Below, in pieces: positions 30,094 to 40,645 of a stretch of DNA of 64,000 nucleotides. A program made the position numbers and the translations under genes. The stretch's first letter is position 1, and the number at the start of each line of letters is the position of its first letter. This stretch comes from Arenibacter nanhaiticus (lineage in GTDB: Bacteria > Bacteroidota > Bacteroidia > Flavobacteriales > Flavobacteriaceae). The notes beneath the pieces are model-generated. The model was not told where the DNA came from, searched no databases, and worked only from the letters and a program-made list of their open reading frames with translations. The stretch spans positions 1-64,000 of the forward strand of contig NZ_FQYX01000022.1 of the NCBI RefSeq assembly GCF_900141935.1, in the 5' to 3' direction.

Positions 30094-33000
30094 TTAATGG
30101 CTTGTTTCCAGATGTCTTTTGTACTCCTTTGGCAAACAGCCATATTGTTTTCTGAAGCACTTTGTGAAATAAGCAGGGGTGTTAAAGCCAACACTATATG
30201 CTATTTCACTTATTGACATTGAGCCCTCACTTAAAGGTTTCAAAGATTCCTTTAATTTAATACTCCTAATAAACTCGGAAGGAGCCATGCCTGTTAAGGA
30301 AGTTAATTTATGGTGTAAATTAGTACGGTGCATGGCTAATTCACTGCTTAAATCACCTACTGTAAAGGCACTGTTTGCAATATTGTCCAAAACTACATTT
30401 GTCGCTCGATCAATAAAATGATTGATCTGTTTACAACCATTGTCATCTTGAACTGGATTCATCATGGTTTCTTTATACTTAAGTCGTCTTTTCTCAATGT
30501 TGGACAACAAAGTATTTATTTGTAAAAGTAGAAGTTTGAGATTAAAGGGCTTGGAAATATATAGGTCGGCCCCTATTTCTGCACCTTCAAATAGCCCTTC
30601 CTCAGAAGAAAATGCGGTCAACAGAATTACAGGGATATGATTTGTTCGTATGTCGCTCTTTATTTTTTTACAAAGGTCAAACCCAGAAATTCCGGGCATC
30701 ATTACATCACTTATAATCAAATCTGGCCAACGCTCTAGGGCTCTGTTTATGCCTTCAGTTCCACTAGATGCAGTGTAAACATTATACCTACCCGTTAATT
30801 GCTGGGATAAATAGTTCAATATTTCAATATCATCTTCAACAATAAGTATTTTTTTCGCATCGGACGAGGGTAATTCCGCTAAATCTATGGCATCGGGAAG
30901 AGCAGGGGCATCGGCTCTAGAACTGTGAAAGGATTCATTGGGATGGCCGGTCAATTCGACTGGAATTGAAATAACAAAAGTAGTTCCCACATTAAACCTA
31001 CTATGTACTTCAATGGTGCCATTCATCAATTCCAAATACCTCTTTGTTAAGGAGAGGCCTATCCCTGTCCCTCCGTTATTTTGCTCTATTTGATAGAATC
31101 TTTCAAATATTCGATTTAAATTCTTCTTGGCAATACCCTTTCCGGAATCCTCTACCTTCACCTCTAGTAGATTGCCCTGTACACTAACTGACAACTTAAT
31201 GGTATCTCCCTCTTTACAGGCCTTAAAAGCATTCGATAATAAATTAAATATAATTTTATCCAATTTATCTTTGTCCAATTTTATCCATGTTTCCGCACTT
31301 TTGCCATAGGAAAGTCTAACTCCTTTCTGCTGGGATAAATTGTGAAATGAATTCAGAATGTCCTTTATGAAGGAATTGATTTCAAATTTGGAAAGACTAA
31401 TATTCAGATTATCAATTTCATTCCTTCTGAAATCCATAAGCTGATTAATTAAGCGAAGTAATCTATTGGCATTCTTTTTGATCAATTCATAATCATATGA
31501 AGTACCGCTGCCCTTTTCAATCATTCCGTCTATGGGGGCTAAAATTAAACTTAAGGGAGTTTTGAATTCGTGGGATATGTTAGTAAAGAATTCTATACGC
31601 TCCTTATTCCAAGCTTCGGTTCTTTGTTTTTCCAACTTCTCAATTTCCAACCTGTGGTTTAAATTGGTCCAGTTCAAAACAATCCTGAAATACACATATA
31701 GCAAAAAGAGGATAAACAGTACATAAACAATTAAGGCCCAAATTGTCTTATACCAAGGAGGAAGTATTTTTATATTCATGGTGAGTTCCTTGGTGCTTCT
31801 GTCTCCACTAGAACTAGAAGCCTTTACCTTTAACTTAAATTGACCAGGAGGCAAATTGGTATAACCCGCCGTGGTTAAGTCGTTTACATGATTCCAGTTG
31901 CGATCATAATTTTCCAGCATATAGGAATAGTTAAGCTGATTGGGCAAATTGTAATCCAAGGCCACAAAATCAAAACTGATATCATTTTGATCTGCCTTTA
32001 AAGTAATACATTCATAAGTGGAAATGTGTTTGGAAATGTGTTTGGATATTAACCCATCTTTATTGGAAAAGTCAACATGCTTATTAAATAATTTAAAATC
32101 GGTAAACACTATAGGTACTATGTTTGTATCCGAATTTAAATTCTCGGGATAAAAGTGGTTGATTCCCTTATTGCCTCCAATATACAGTTCTCCGTCGTCA
32201 GCCCTATATGTTGTAGTAATACTATTTCCTTGCAGCCCTTTTAAATTGTCTTCGTAATTAATAGTTCTGTTATGGTTATTAAAAGTCGCCAACCCTTTAT
32301 TCGTGGCAATCCATAATTGTCCATTGTCTTGAAAAACGATATCATGAATCGCAATCCCCTTTAATGCTTCAAACCCCTTGTGTTTTGAAATTGAAGCGCT
32401 TTGAAGGTCAAATATTTCCAAACCGCTATCGGTACAGAGGTACAATTCATTGTTACGTTTTTTTATCCGGTTTACAATATTCTTATCTCTGGGGGTCAAT
32501 CCGGTTGTAGGTACAATTTTGAAATATTCGTCAGCCCGTTTATTTCCGATATCAATTTTAACAAAACCGGCCTTGGTCCCGGCCCATAAATACTTATCGG
32601 CCAAGGTTAAACACATTAAGGAATTCAATTGATGGTCATCGGCAACTGCCTCAGGATTCTGAAGTACTATTTTTGTCACCTTCTTGTCTTGAGATACGTA
32701 ATAAAGTCCATAGGGCGTCGCAAACCAAAGGTTTTTATCTACCTCCAGCACATCTTGTATGTATATCTCAGAACTATTGTTATCCAAAAACCCTGGAGGC
32801 AGCATACTTTTTGAGGATTTGGAATTGGGATCATATTCTATAAGTCCATTTCCATATGTGCCAATTATGATAGATCCGTTGGACCGCTTCCTTAGGGAGT
32901 TCGCACTTGCCGTACCATATCCTATGTCTATTTTTGTTATCTTATTCGTCCCCCTATCGAATAAACATACCCCGCCACCATCGGTACCTATATAAATATG

Positions 33001-34152
33001 ATCCTTATCGTATTGCAAAAAAGATTTGATCCTATTGTGTGTTAATCCCTGATAAATGTTCAGTGTATTGTATTTTTCATAGTGTTTGTTGTAAATATTC
33101 ACCCCTCCATATTGGGTTCCGATCCACATAAAACCGGTCTTGTCCGCATATATCTCCAATACACTGTTACTACTCAAGGATGTTGGCGACAGGGATTTGC
33201 TAATTTGTATAAAATTATTTTTATCGATATCGTAAATCTGTATTCCCCGGCCATCTGTTGCCAACCATAAGGTATTATTCTCTAGGTTATAAAAAAGATT
33301 AAAAAGGACGTTATGTTTTATATTGCTGTTTAAGGTATTGAAATTTATAACGGACCTACCTTTTCTAATGTGGAACAGTCCCTTTTTATAGGTAGCTGCC
33401 CAAACTCCACCTGTTTTATCCAATACAATTTTCTTGACATATACTTTTTCATCCTCGTTGATCAAAGGCAATCTCTGAATCGAATTAGTAGTCAAATCCC
33501 AGGTTTCCAAAAAGGGAGATTTTGCCCCGATCAACAATTCGTTGGTTTCTTTGTTGAAGCAAAGAGCTGTAATATTATTCGATTCTAACCTTGGGTTGGA
33601 CTGTAAAGAGTTCGTATAATTATCAATATGGCCTTCGACCGAAATTCTAAATAGACCGTATGCTATAGTCGCTACCCATATATTTCCATTATTATCTTCT
33701 GCAATAGCTCTTATTTCTACCCCTATCTGTGAATGTTGATCAAGTAAAGGGAACGACCTAAAGGCATCTTGATCAAAATCATATTTGAGCAAGCCTCCAT
33801 TTCTGGTTCCTATCCACAGTTCCCCCTTGGAGTCACTAAAAAGATAAGTGATATGGTTGTCCTTAATACCTGTATCGTCTCCTCCGGTATAGCGATAAGA
33901 GGTTATGTCCCTGCCATCGTATTTATTTAGTCCGTCATAAGATCCAAACCACATAAATCCCACCTTATCCCGCACTATGGCGGTAATTGAATTGTTTGAC
34001 AATCCCTCGGTATCGGTCAAATGATCAAACCTTATATCCTGAAAACCATATAACCAATTAGCATTACAAAGGATAAGGAGGTAGAAAGCAAATATTTTCA
34101 GGGCGGAACAATTGCGCATAACAGCATGGATTATAAAGTTCTTAAGTTGCAT
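30094..34152 (-). CDS. Hybrid two-component system regulator (HTCS): periplasmic beta-propeller/Y_Y_Y sensor, HisKA and HATPase, receiver, AraC HTH
   Basis: 1352 aa. Phospho-accepting His in NISHEFKTPL. Receiver aspartate in ILIVEDD...D. C-terminal AraC helix-turn-helix. Confidence 0.9.
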   Translation of the reverse strand: MQLKNFIIHAVMRNCSALKIFAFYLLILCNANWLYGFQDIRFDHLTDTEGLSNNSITAIVRDKVGFMWFGSYDGLNKYDGRDITSYRYTGGDDTGIKDNHITYLFSDSKGELWIGTRNGGLLKYDFDQDAFRSFPLLDQHSQIGVEIRAIAEDNNGNIWVATIAYGLFRISVEGHIDNYTNSLQSNPRLESNNITALCFNKETNELLIGAKSPFLETWDLTTNSIQRLPLINEDEKVYVKKIVLDKTGGVWAATYKKGLFHIRKGRSVINFNTLNSNIKHNVLFNLFYNLENNTLWLATDGRGIQIYDIDKNNFIQISKSLSPTSLSSNSVLEIYADKTGFMWIGTQYGGVNIYNKHYEKYNTLNIYQGLTHNRIKSFLQYDKDHIYIGTDGGGVCLFDRGTNKITKIDIGYGTASANSLRKRSNGSIIIGTYGNGLIEYDPNSKSSKSMLPPGFLDNNSSEIYIQDVLEVDKNLWFATPYGLYYVSQDKKVTKIVLQNPEAVADDHQLNSLMCLTLADKYLWAGTKAGFVKIDIGNKRADEYFKIVPTTGLTPRDKNIVNRIKKRNNELYLCTDSGLEIFDLQSASISKHKGFEALKGIAIHDIVFQDNGQLWIATNKGLATFNNHNRTINYEDNLKGLQGNSITTTYRADDGELYIGGNKGINHFYPENLNSDTNIVPIVFTDFKLFNKHVDFSNKDGLISKHISKHISTYECITLKADQNDISFDFVALDYNLPNQLNYSYMLENYDRNWNHVNDLTTAGYTNLPPGQFKLKVKASSSSGDRSTKELTMNIKILPPWYKTIWALIVYVLFILFLLYVYFRIVLNWTNLNHRLEIEKLEKQRTEAWNKERIEFFTNISHEFKTPLSLILAPIDGMIEKGSGTSYDYELIKKNANRLLRLINQLMDFRRNEIDNLNISLSKFEINSFIKDILNSFHNLSQQKGVRLSYGKSAETWIKLDKDKLDKIIFNLLSNAFKACKEGDTIKLSVSVQGNLLEVKVEDSGKGIAKKNLNRIFERFYQIEQNNGGTGIGLSLTKRYLELMNGTIEVHSRFNVGTTFVISIPVELTGHPNESFHSSRADAPALPDAIDLAELPSSDAKKILIVEDDIEILNYLSQQLTGRYNVYTASSGTEGINRALERWPDLIISDVMMPGISGFDLCKKIKSDIRTNHIPVILLTAFSSEEGLFEGAEIGADLYISKPFNLKLLLLQINTLLSNIEKRRLKYKETMMNPVQDDNGCKQINHFIDRATNVVLDNIANSAFTVGDLSSELAMHRTNLHHKLTSLTGMAPSEFIRSIKLKESLKPLSEGSMSISEIAYSVGFNTPAYFTKCFRKQYGCLPKEYKRHLETSH

Positions 34153-34391
34153 AAAATATTTTATACATACAATCCCTGTTTACCTGAAACCAAAGCCATA
34201 CAACATTTGTTTGCCGATTTTCTACATATGTTGTAACATTTCGTCTTTTACGCTAAAAACTTTCAACATATGACCACTTTATTTAGGTGGACTACAACTA
34301 CATTGCGATACCGCGAATTACCAAGTTGTTTGTTTTTTTAATCCAAAAAATATAACCCAAGGTTTTTCACCTAACCACAATTCTATAAGAA

Positions 34392-36677
34392 ATGAAGCGT
34401 ATAAAAATCCTTTTCATTTGTATCAGTTCTACTCTCGCCTTCGCTTGTAAAGAGAATAAAGTCCCCATTAGCCAAAATAAAGGTATTTCTGTTACTGCCA
34501 ATAGCACGGGGCTCAATTTAATTTGGGAGGGCCAAAGTAGAATTTCGGGTACCAAACCGCTATTCCAAGGAATACGTCCTGAAATGGACAGTATAGTATC
34601 CAACAATACAGGGACAAGGAATAAATTTAACTTTAAATATCAAAACACTGAAGTGCCAGTTTCGGTAGGATACCTACCTTACCAAGATAGGGATGCTTTG
34701 GTATTGACCCTAACCACTAACGGGACACAGTCTATTCACGGAGAAGATTATGTGGGTTTGTTTTTTGATGATTTCCCTAATTACATGGATGGCATTGGAA
34801 GCTATCTTTTCGGGGACTGGGAATCATGGACCAAACCGGTAAAAGTAGATGATTTTAAAAGCAGTCTGCCAGAGAAGATTCAATTTTTTCTCTTTAGGTA
34901 TGCAGACGGGGCGTATGGAGCTATCATGCCACTGGCCGGAAATGGATATGTGGCCTCCTTGGGGAGTCAGGAGAATAAATTTGGAGCAAGATCGGTTAGT
35001 TATAAAGACAATTTTCCCGCCGATAATGTTCCAATGATGGCGATTGCCTTTGGCCGTGACCCGTACCAAACCGTAAAAAACCTCTACGAGGCAGGCATGG
35101 AAGCCATGGATAAAAAAGAAGGGCTCCGTAAATACAAGTCCTATCCAGAAGTTTTTGAATCCATTGGTTGGTGTTCCTGGAATGCCTTCGGAGTAGAAGT
35201 AACCGAAAAGAATTTAATGGATGCCATGGCCACTTTTTACAATAATAACTTCCCCGTTCCTTTTATGTTGATAGACAATGGTTGGTTGAGCGTCAATGGA
35301 GAAGAGCAGCTAACGGATTATGTATTTGATAAGAAAAAATTTCCAAACGGATTCAAAAAAAGTATTTTGAAATTGAAAAACACTTACGGACTAAAAGATA
35401 TAGGCGTATGGCATACCATGAACGGATTTTGGAGCGGGGTGTCCAAAAGAGATTTTGATCCCCCATATCAAAAGTTGCTTATGCCCTATTACGATAAGGA
35501 AGATGTACATGCCGACACTTTAAGCGGAAAAACATATTTTAGCCCGAACGCACTTTCCGATAAAGGCCAGCAGTTTTACGAACAATGGTACTCCTATTTA
35601 AAGGACCAAGGCATAAGTTTTGTCAAGGTAGACCAGCAAGCGGTCATTAAAAGAGTGGCCAAGGGACAATTGGATTCCGGTGAAGTGGCGCCTTTTTTGG
35701 AGATTGCGGAAAACATGGAGCAAAATTTACAGAACGCCATAGAAAATAATTTTAACGGCTCGGTTATCAACTGTCAAAATATGGCCCTAGAGGCCGTTTA
35801 CAACTTTGGTTCATCTGCCATTGCCAGAAGTTCGGACGATTTCTTTCCGAAAGTAACTGCCTATTACAGCCTTGAAGAGGAAAAGGGCAATGCTGCCGCC
35901 CATATCCTAATGAATGTGCATAACGCCAACTGGCTTTCCAATTTGGTGTGGCCAGACTATGACATGTTCCAGTCCCATCACAAAGATGGAGAATACCATG
36001 CCATAAGCAGGGCTATAAGTGGCGGACCAATTTACTTAACAGATGAGCCGGGAAAACAAAATTTTAAAATTCTAAATAAACTGGTATACAGTCAGGGCAA
36101 AATTCTTCGCCCCGAACAACCTGGTAGACCCACAGAGGATTGTTTATTTCAAATTAACGAGCCCAAACCCTTCAAAGCCTTTACGAAAATTGGAGAAACC
36201 GGTATTATTGGGGCTTGGAACACCGTAGACAAAGACCTTGTAACCGGAACAATTAGCCCCTCCGATGTCCATAGTATTAAAGGAAATAAATTTGCCGTTT
36301 ATGAACACTTTAGCCAAAAATTAAAAACGTTGGAGAGAAATGAATCCATGCCAGTGCAGCTCGGGAGAATGGGCTATGCACTCTATAACATTGTCCCTAT
36401 AGAAAATGATATTGCCCTAATAGGATTGGTAGACAAATACCTTTCCCAAAAAACAATAATAAGCCAATCTATTGAACAGGGAACGATAAAGGTAAATTTG
36501 AGGGCATCAGGAAAATTTGCCGGCCTACTCCCCAAAGAGCCGGTATCCATTTGGGTCAACGATAATGAATTGGCATCCGATACATGGTCCTATCAAGGGG
36601 GGCTGTTTGTTGTTTCAATTCCTAAGGTTAATTTTGAAGCACAACCCATAGAGCTAACCATTAAACTTAAAGATTAA
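34392..36677 (+). CDS. Glycoside hydrolase family 36, Sip1/raffinose-synthase-type alpha-galactosidase-like lipoprotein
   Basis: IGWCSWNAF, LIDNGW and DMFQSHH...EYHAISRAISGGPIYLTDEPG match the raffinose-synthase/Sip1 signature. Confidence 0.7.
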   Translation: MKRIKILFICISSTLAFACKENKVPISQNKGISVTANSTGLNLIWEGQSRISGTKPLFQGIRPEMDSIVSNNTGTRNKFNFKYQNTEVPVSVGYLPYQDRDALVLTLTTNGTQSIHGEDYVGLFFDDFPNYMDGIGSYLFGDWESWTKPVKVDDFKSSLPEKIQFFLFRYADGAYGAIMPLAGNGYVASLGSQENKFGARSVSYKDNFPADNVPMMAIAFGRDPYQTVKNLYEAGMEAMDKKEGLRKYKSYPEVFESIGWCSWNAFGVEVTEKNLMDAMATFYNNNFPVPFMLIDNGWLSVNGEEQLTDYVFDKKKFPNGFKKSILKLKNTYGLKDIGVWHTMNGFWSGVSKRDFDPPYQKLLMPYYDKEDVHADTLSGKTYFSPNALSDKGQQFYEQWYSYLKDQGISFVKVDQQAVIKRVAKGQLDSGEVAPFLEIAENMEQNLQNAIENNFNGSVINCQNMALEAVYNFGSSAIARSSDDFFPKVTAYYSLEEEKGNAAAHILMNVHNANWLSNLVWPDYDMFQSHHKDGEYHAISRAISGGPIYLTDEPGKQNFKILNKLVYSQGKILRPEQPGRPTEDCLFQINEPKPFKAFTKIGETGIIGAWNTVDKDLVTGTISPSDVHSIKGNKFAVYEHFSQKLKTLERNESMPVQLGRMGYALYNIVPIENDIALIGLVDKYLSQKTIISQSIEQGTIKVNLRASGKFAGLLPKEPVSIWVNDNELASDTWSYQGGLFVVSIPKVNFEAQPIELTIKLKD

Positions 36678-36682
36678 TCGCT

Positions 36683-37483
36683 ATGAAGTGGAAAACGATG
36701 ATGTGCTTGGTACCGATATTACTATTTACAACTATCAATCAAGCCCAAAAGAAAACGATATTACAGAACGTTTTATCCCATAACGATTACGGGCAGGAAA
36801 GACCTCTGTTCGATGCCATAGCAGCCGGTATTAATGCTGTGGAAGCCGATGTTGTATTCTTGGACGGGAAGCTTTATGTCGCCCATGGACCCGCTGAGGT
36901 AACAAAGGAAAACACCTTAAGATCCCTTTATTTGGACCCTTTACGACAAATTATAGAAAACAATAAGGGATATGTACTCCAAAAAGGAATCCCTTTTATT
37001 CTTTATATCAATACAAAAACTGCTGGGGAAACGTTGCTAAAGATCAATGAGGAACTGTCCAATTATCAAGATATAATTACCCGATTTAACGGAAAAAATG
37101 AAAGCCCTAAACCAATTACCGTTATTTGTGGCGGGGGAGAATATAAGGATATGCCCCAAAGATATATGACTGGGGAAGGCAAATTGGGAATTCCTGAAGA
37201 AATTCCGGCCTCTAGAATATACATGGTGAATTTAAACTGGAAAAAACATTTCAGCTATTCAGGAGATGGAAAAATGCCTGGAAAGGAAAGAAAAAAACTA
37301 AAAAAATATGTAAACGCTGCCCATTCCAAGGCCAGAATCCTTCGTTTTTGGAACAACCCGGACATAACATCCGAACATGGTCCCAATTTTTGGAAAACCG
37401 TTCTCAAGGAAGGGGTCGATCTGTTAAATACGGATAATCCAGAAGATATTGGATTATATTATAATAAAAAGTTCAATAAATGA
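36683..37483 (+). CDS. Secreted GDPD/PLC-like phosphodiesterase superfamily protein
   Basis: Signal peptide. LSHNDY...AVEADVVFLDGKLYVAHGP and a C-terminal ...GVDLLNTDNPEDI resemble the GDPD TIM-barrel. Confidence 0.5.
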   Translation: MKWKTMMCLVPILLFTTINQAQKKTILQNVLSHNDYGQERPLFDAIAAGINAVEADVVFLDGKLYVAHGPAEVTKENTLRSLYLDPLRQIIENNKGYVLQKGIPFILYINTKTAGETLLKINEELSNYQDIITRFNGKNESPKPITVICGGGEYKDMPQRYMTGEGKLGIPEEIPASRIYMVNLNWKKHFSYSGDGKMPGKERKKLKKYVNAAHSKARILRFWNNPDITSEHGPNFWKTVLKEGVDLLNTDNPEDIGLYYNKKFNK

Positions 37484-37997
37484 TCCTTGCCAAAGACGCT
37501 TCCTGACGGCTATTGTTTGTTTCAACTGAACAGTATATCATTTAATATTCATAAGCAAGGGTACTTCTTGTCTTGGGGATATCACCAAGATAAGAAGTAT
37601 GGCGGCACTTGCCCATTATTTTTTTTGGCTTCCTTTATCCTATAGGATTTCCCATTCTTGATACCCGTATCTGTATCAATAGTTTATGCGTCGTCACAAT
37701 TAATACTTTATAACCCATTTGCAAAGGAACAACCGCTTCTAGTTAAATACATACAGAAATTGCTTTTTTGAAAAGCAACCAAAACAATGTATTATACCTG
37801 TAAAATGGCTCGATTTACTGTGACTTAAGGTTATTTTAAACAGATTGACATAATGTTTAAAAATTCCATAAAATTAACATAGAAGGTATGCTGTTTTTTA
37901 AGCTTATAAGTATCTTTAACCCTTGTGTCAAGAGTGCTTCTTAGTGGTAGGCATTCGTTACACACGGATTTTTAATAGTACACTAACCCTATATATA

Positions 37998-38405
37998 ATG
38001 ATTAAAAAATCTTTTCTGTTGTTCGCAATGCTTGTATTAACCATTTCATACTCGTGCAAGGAGGAGGAATCTAAAACTCAAATGCAAAATGTAATTGCGG
38101 TACATGACGAAGTAATGCCAAAAATGGGAACTATAAGTCAGCTAATATCCCAATTGGAGGAACGCAGCATGGAGGACCATACCTATATGCTGGCAAAAAA
38201 AGACCTGGAATTGGCCCATAAAGCCATGATGGATTGGATGAAAGGTTTTAGCGAGCGCTTTAGCCCTAACGAGATAATGAAGGGGCAAGAACTTAGCGAG
38301 GAAAAGCAACAATGGTTAGATGAAGAGGAGGTTAAAGTAAATGCCCTTAAGGAACAAATGAATTCTAGTATAGAAAAAGCACAGCTATTACTCCAAAAGG
38401 AATAA
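37998..38405 (+). CDS. Hypothetical coiled-coil lipoprotein
   Basis: MIKKSFLLFAMLVLTISYSC lipobox. Start moved to the ATG at 37998 rather than the track's 37923. Confidence 0.4.
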   Translation: MIKKSFLLFAMLVLTISYSCKEEESKTQMQNVIAVHDEVMPKMGTISQLISQLEERSMEDHTYMLAKKDLELAHKAMMDWMKGFSERFSPNEIMKGQELSEEKQQWLDEEEVKVNALKEQMNSSIEKAQLLLQKE

Positions 38406-38488
38406 TCTTTTTAGAGAATTATAAAGTAGCTTTCTTTATTAAACTGCTTGTTAAATACCTCTTTCGTATTGGGAAGGGGTGTTTTTTT

Positions 38489-38570
38489 TGCGTTAGGGAT
38501 AGCGGCGGCATCCCCGCAGCGGAGCAAGGGATATAGCCAATAGCCCGCCCGACGAAGGAGGGAACGCCCC
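38489..38570. repeat. Interspersed GC-rich intergenic repeat, copy 3, forward orientation
   Basis: About 94% identical to the reverse complement of copy 4. Confidence 0.65.
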
Positions 38571-38736
38571 TATTGGAACCTTAAAGGCTATAGAAATTAG
38601 GATATGGGCCGGCGCGATCATCAGACGCCAAGATTTATTAATTGAACCCGGTATTCTGAAATAGTGGGCTACCCGAGGCCTGTGGCAGATTTAAAAGTTT
38701 TTTGAAAAGGGAAGGTGAATGGCAAGGAAACGGTTT

Positions 38737-39300
38737 TTAGGGTTGCTCTTTCCATTGTAGGCTTTCCATAATATTCCTAATATCCTTTTGCAAGTAGGCG
38801 GCGGCCGGAAGAATGGAATCGTAGTTGGGCTTGGCATTAAAATATAGGGATCCGGTTAAAAAATGCCGTAGGCTATCGGTAACATAAAACTGCGATTGGG
38901 AAGCAGCATTTCCTTTGACCTCATAGTACATGCCATACACCTTGTCGGTGTCATTGACAAAAAGTTTTTCCATGATACCATCGGCCTTCATCACATGTTC
39001 GTAACTTAACTTTTGGGCATCGGTGAGCAATTTTTCCAAATTCCCGTCAATTTTTTTATAAGTGATGAAAATAGCGCCATTTAACTTGGGGTAATTGATG
39101 GTGACGGAATTAAGGTCGGTAGATTTCGTCTTCTCTACACCGGTATGTCGAAATTCGAAATGTGGGGTTGTCAACTGTTTTTCTCCTGTCTCCGGGTATT
39201 CTAAGCGCAACATGGCCTTGGGTTTTGGCAAGGTGTCTTCTTGGCACGAAAGGGTCATGAAACTTATAAGAACCGAAAGGCACAGGGCGTTAAATTTCAT
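38737..39300 (-). CDS. gldD: Gliding motility lipoprotein GldD
   Basis: 187-aa lipoprotein immediately downstream of gldE. The synteny mutY-ssb-gldE-gldD is as in F. johnsoniae. Confidence 0.6.
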   Translation of the reverse strand: MKFNALCLSVLISFMTLSCQEDTLPKPKAMLRLEYPETGEKQLTTPHFEFRHTGVEKTKSTDLNSVTINYPKLNGAIFITYKKIDGNLEKLLTDAQKLSYEHVMKADGIMEKLFVNDTDKVYGMYYEVKGNAASQSQFYVTDSLRHFLTGSLYFNAKPNYDSILPAAAYLQKDIRNIMESLQWKEQP

Positions 39301-40618
39301 TGGGCAGGGTTATTTTTATTAGTTTTAAGCGTTTTTTATCCAAGCTTTCCACAGTAAACAAATAATTGTTAAAAGCAACTTGCTCCCCTATTTTAGGGAA
39401 CCCGCCGGCTATTTCCAGGACAAAGCCTGCAATAGTTTCCGATTCGCCCTTTTTATCCTCAAATTCGTTTTCGTCTTCAATATTGGCTACCTTATAGAAG
39501 TCCCTTAAGGCAGTCTTACCATCAAAAACAAAGTTAAAGTTGTCTAATTTAGAAAAATTTAGGTCTTCATCATCAAATTCGTCACTAATATCCCCGACAA
39601 TTTCCTCTATAATATCTTCTAGGGTTACAATGCCCGAGGTACCTCCGTATTCATCGACTACAACGGCCAAATGGTTCTTTTTAGTCTGAAACTCCAACAA
39701 TAGATCATCGAGTTTTTTGTTTTCTGGCACAAAATAGGGCTCCCTGATCAGGGACATCCAATTAAATGTCTTTCGGTCTATATACGGAAGAAGATCTTTA
39801 ACGTAGAGCACCCCTAAAACATTGTCCATATTTTCGGAATAGACCGGAATCCTAGAATAGCCGTGTTTTTTAATCTCATTTAATACATCGGTAAATTTTA
39901 AGTCCGAATTAAGGGCGAAAATATCTATTCGAGGGCGCATTACCTGTTTGGTATCCGTATTCCCAAAGTTTACGATGCCTTCCAAGATCTTTTGCTCTTC
40001 CTTGGTAGTGTCGCCTTCAGAGGTGAGTTCTAGGGCCTGTGACAAATGATCTACACTGATATTCGATTTTTGCTTTCCGAGCTTGTTGTACAAAAAAATA
40101 GTAGCCGAACGCATGGGAAGACTTAAAGGAGAAAAGATAAAATCTAATACCTTGAGCGGAAAGGCCATGAAAAAGGAAAAAGTATGCCTGTTTCTATTGG
40201 CGTATACTTTGGGTAAAATTTCGCCGAACATAAGGATCAGGAAAGTAACCACTACCACCTCCAATAAAAAGCGAACAGAAACAATACCTAAAATGGTATA
40301 TGTTAAGCCTTGGAACAGGGTGTCTCCGATAGCGTTGAACAAGAGTACAATCCCAATATTAATAGAATTGTTGGCAATTAAAATGGTCGCCAGCAATTTT
40401 TTTGGTCTGTCTAGAAGTTGAACAATAATGTTTCCTTTGGCAGATTTTTTCTCTTCTATTTCGTTTACTTCGGTCTGCGATAGGCCAAAGAAGGCCACTT
40501 CGGCTCCCGATATTAGTGCAGAGCATATTAGAAGAATAAAAAGAATTATAATTTTTAACGTTAATGCGCCGTCAATTGCAATGAAATTTAACGGTAAACT
40601 GAGGGGGTCTGGGTCCAA
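39290..40618 (-). CDS. gldE: Gliding motility protein GldE (CNNM/CorC family: DUF21, CBS pair, CorC_HlyC)
   Basis: N-terminal 4-TM DUF21, tandem CBS domains and a C-terminal transporter-associated domain. Confidence 0.8.
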   Translation of the reverse strand: MDPDPLSLPLNFIAIDGALTLKIIILFILLICSALISGAEVAFFGLSQTEVNEIEEKKSAKGNIIVQLLDRPKKLLATILIANNSINIGIVLLFNAIGDTLFQGLTYTILGIVSVRFLLEVVVVTFLILMFGEILPKVYANRNRHTFSFFMAFPLKVLDFIFSPLSLPMRSATIFLYNKLGKQKSNISVDHLSQALELTSEGDTTKEEQKILEGIVNFGNTDTKQVMRPRIDIFALNSDLKFTDVLNEIKKHGYSRIPVYSENMDNVLGVLYVKDLLPYIDRKTFNWMSLIREPYFVPENKKLDDLLLEFQTKKNHLAVVVDEYGGTSGIVTLEDIIEEIVGDISDEFDDEDLNFSKLDNFNFVFDGKTALRDFYKVANIEDENEFEDKKGESETIAGFVLEIAGGFPKIGEQVAFNNYLFTVESLDKKRLKLIKITLPNEI

Positions 40619-40645
40619 TGGTTAGAATTTAATATTTTATTTAAT

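Noticed and set aside
26679-33588. Many 60-120-aa ORFs antisense to SusC and the HTCS gene
   Set aside because: They are embedded within long, well-supported genes on the opposite strand and have no motifs. They are taken as frame shadows.
34367-34606. 79-aa minus-strand ORF in the HTCS/GH36 divergent region
   Set aside because: It overlaps the lipoprotein signal-peptide region of the GH36 gene on the opposite strand. It is taken as a spurious frame.
37923-37997. Upstream extension of the lipoprotein ORF
   Set aside because: The signal peptide and lipobox begin at the ATG at 37998. The upstream 25 codons are unlikely to be translated.
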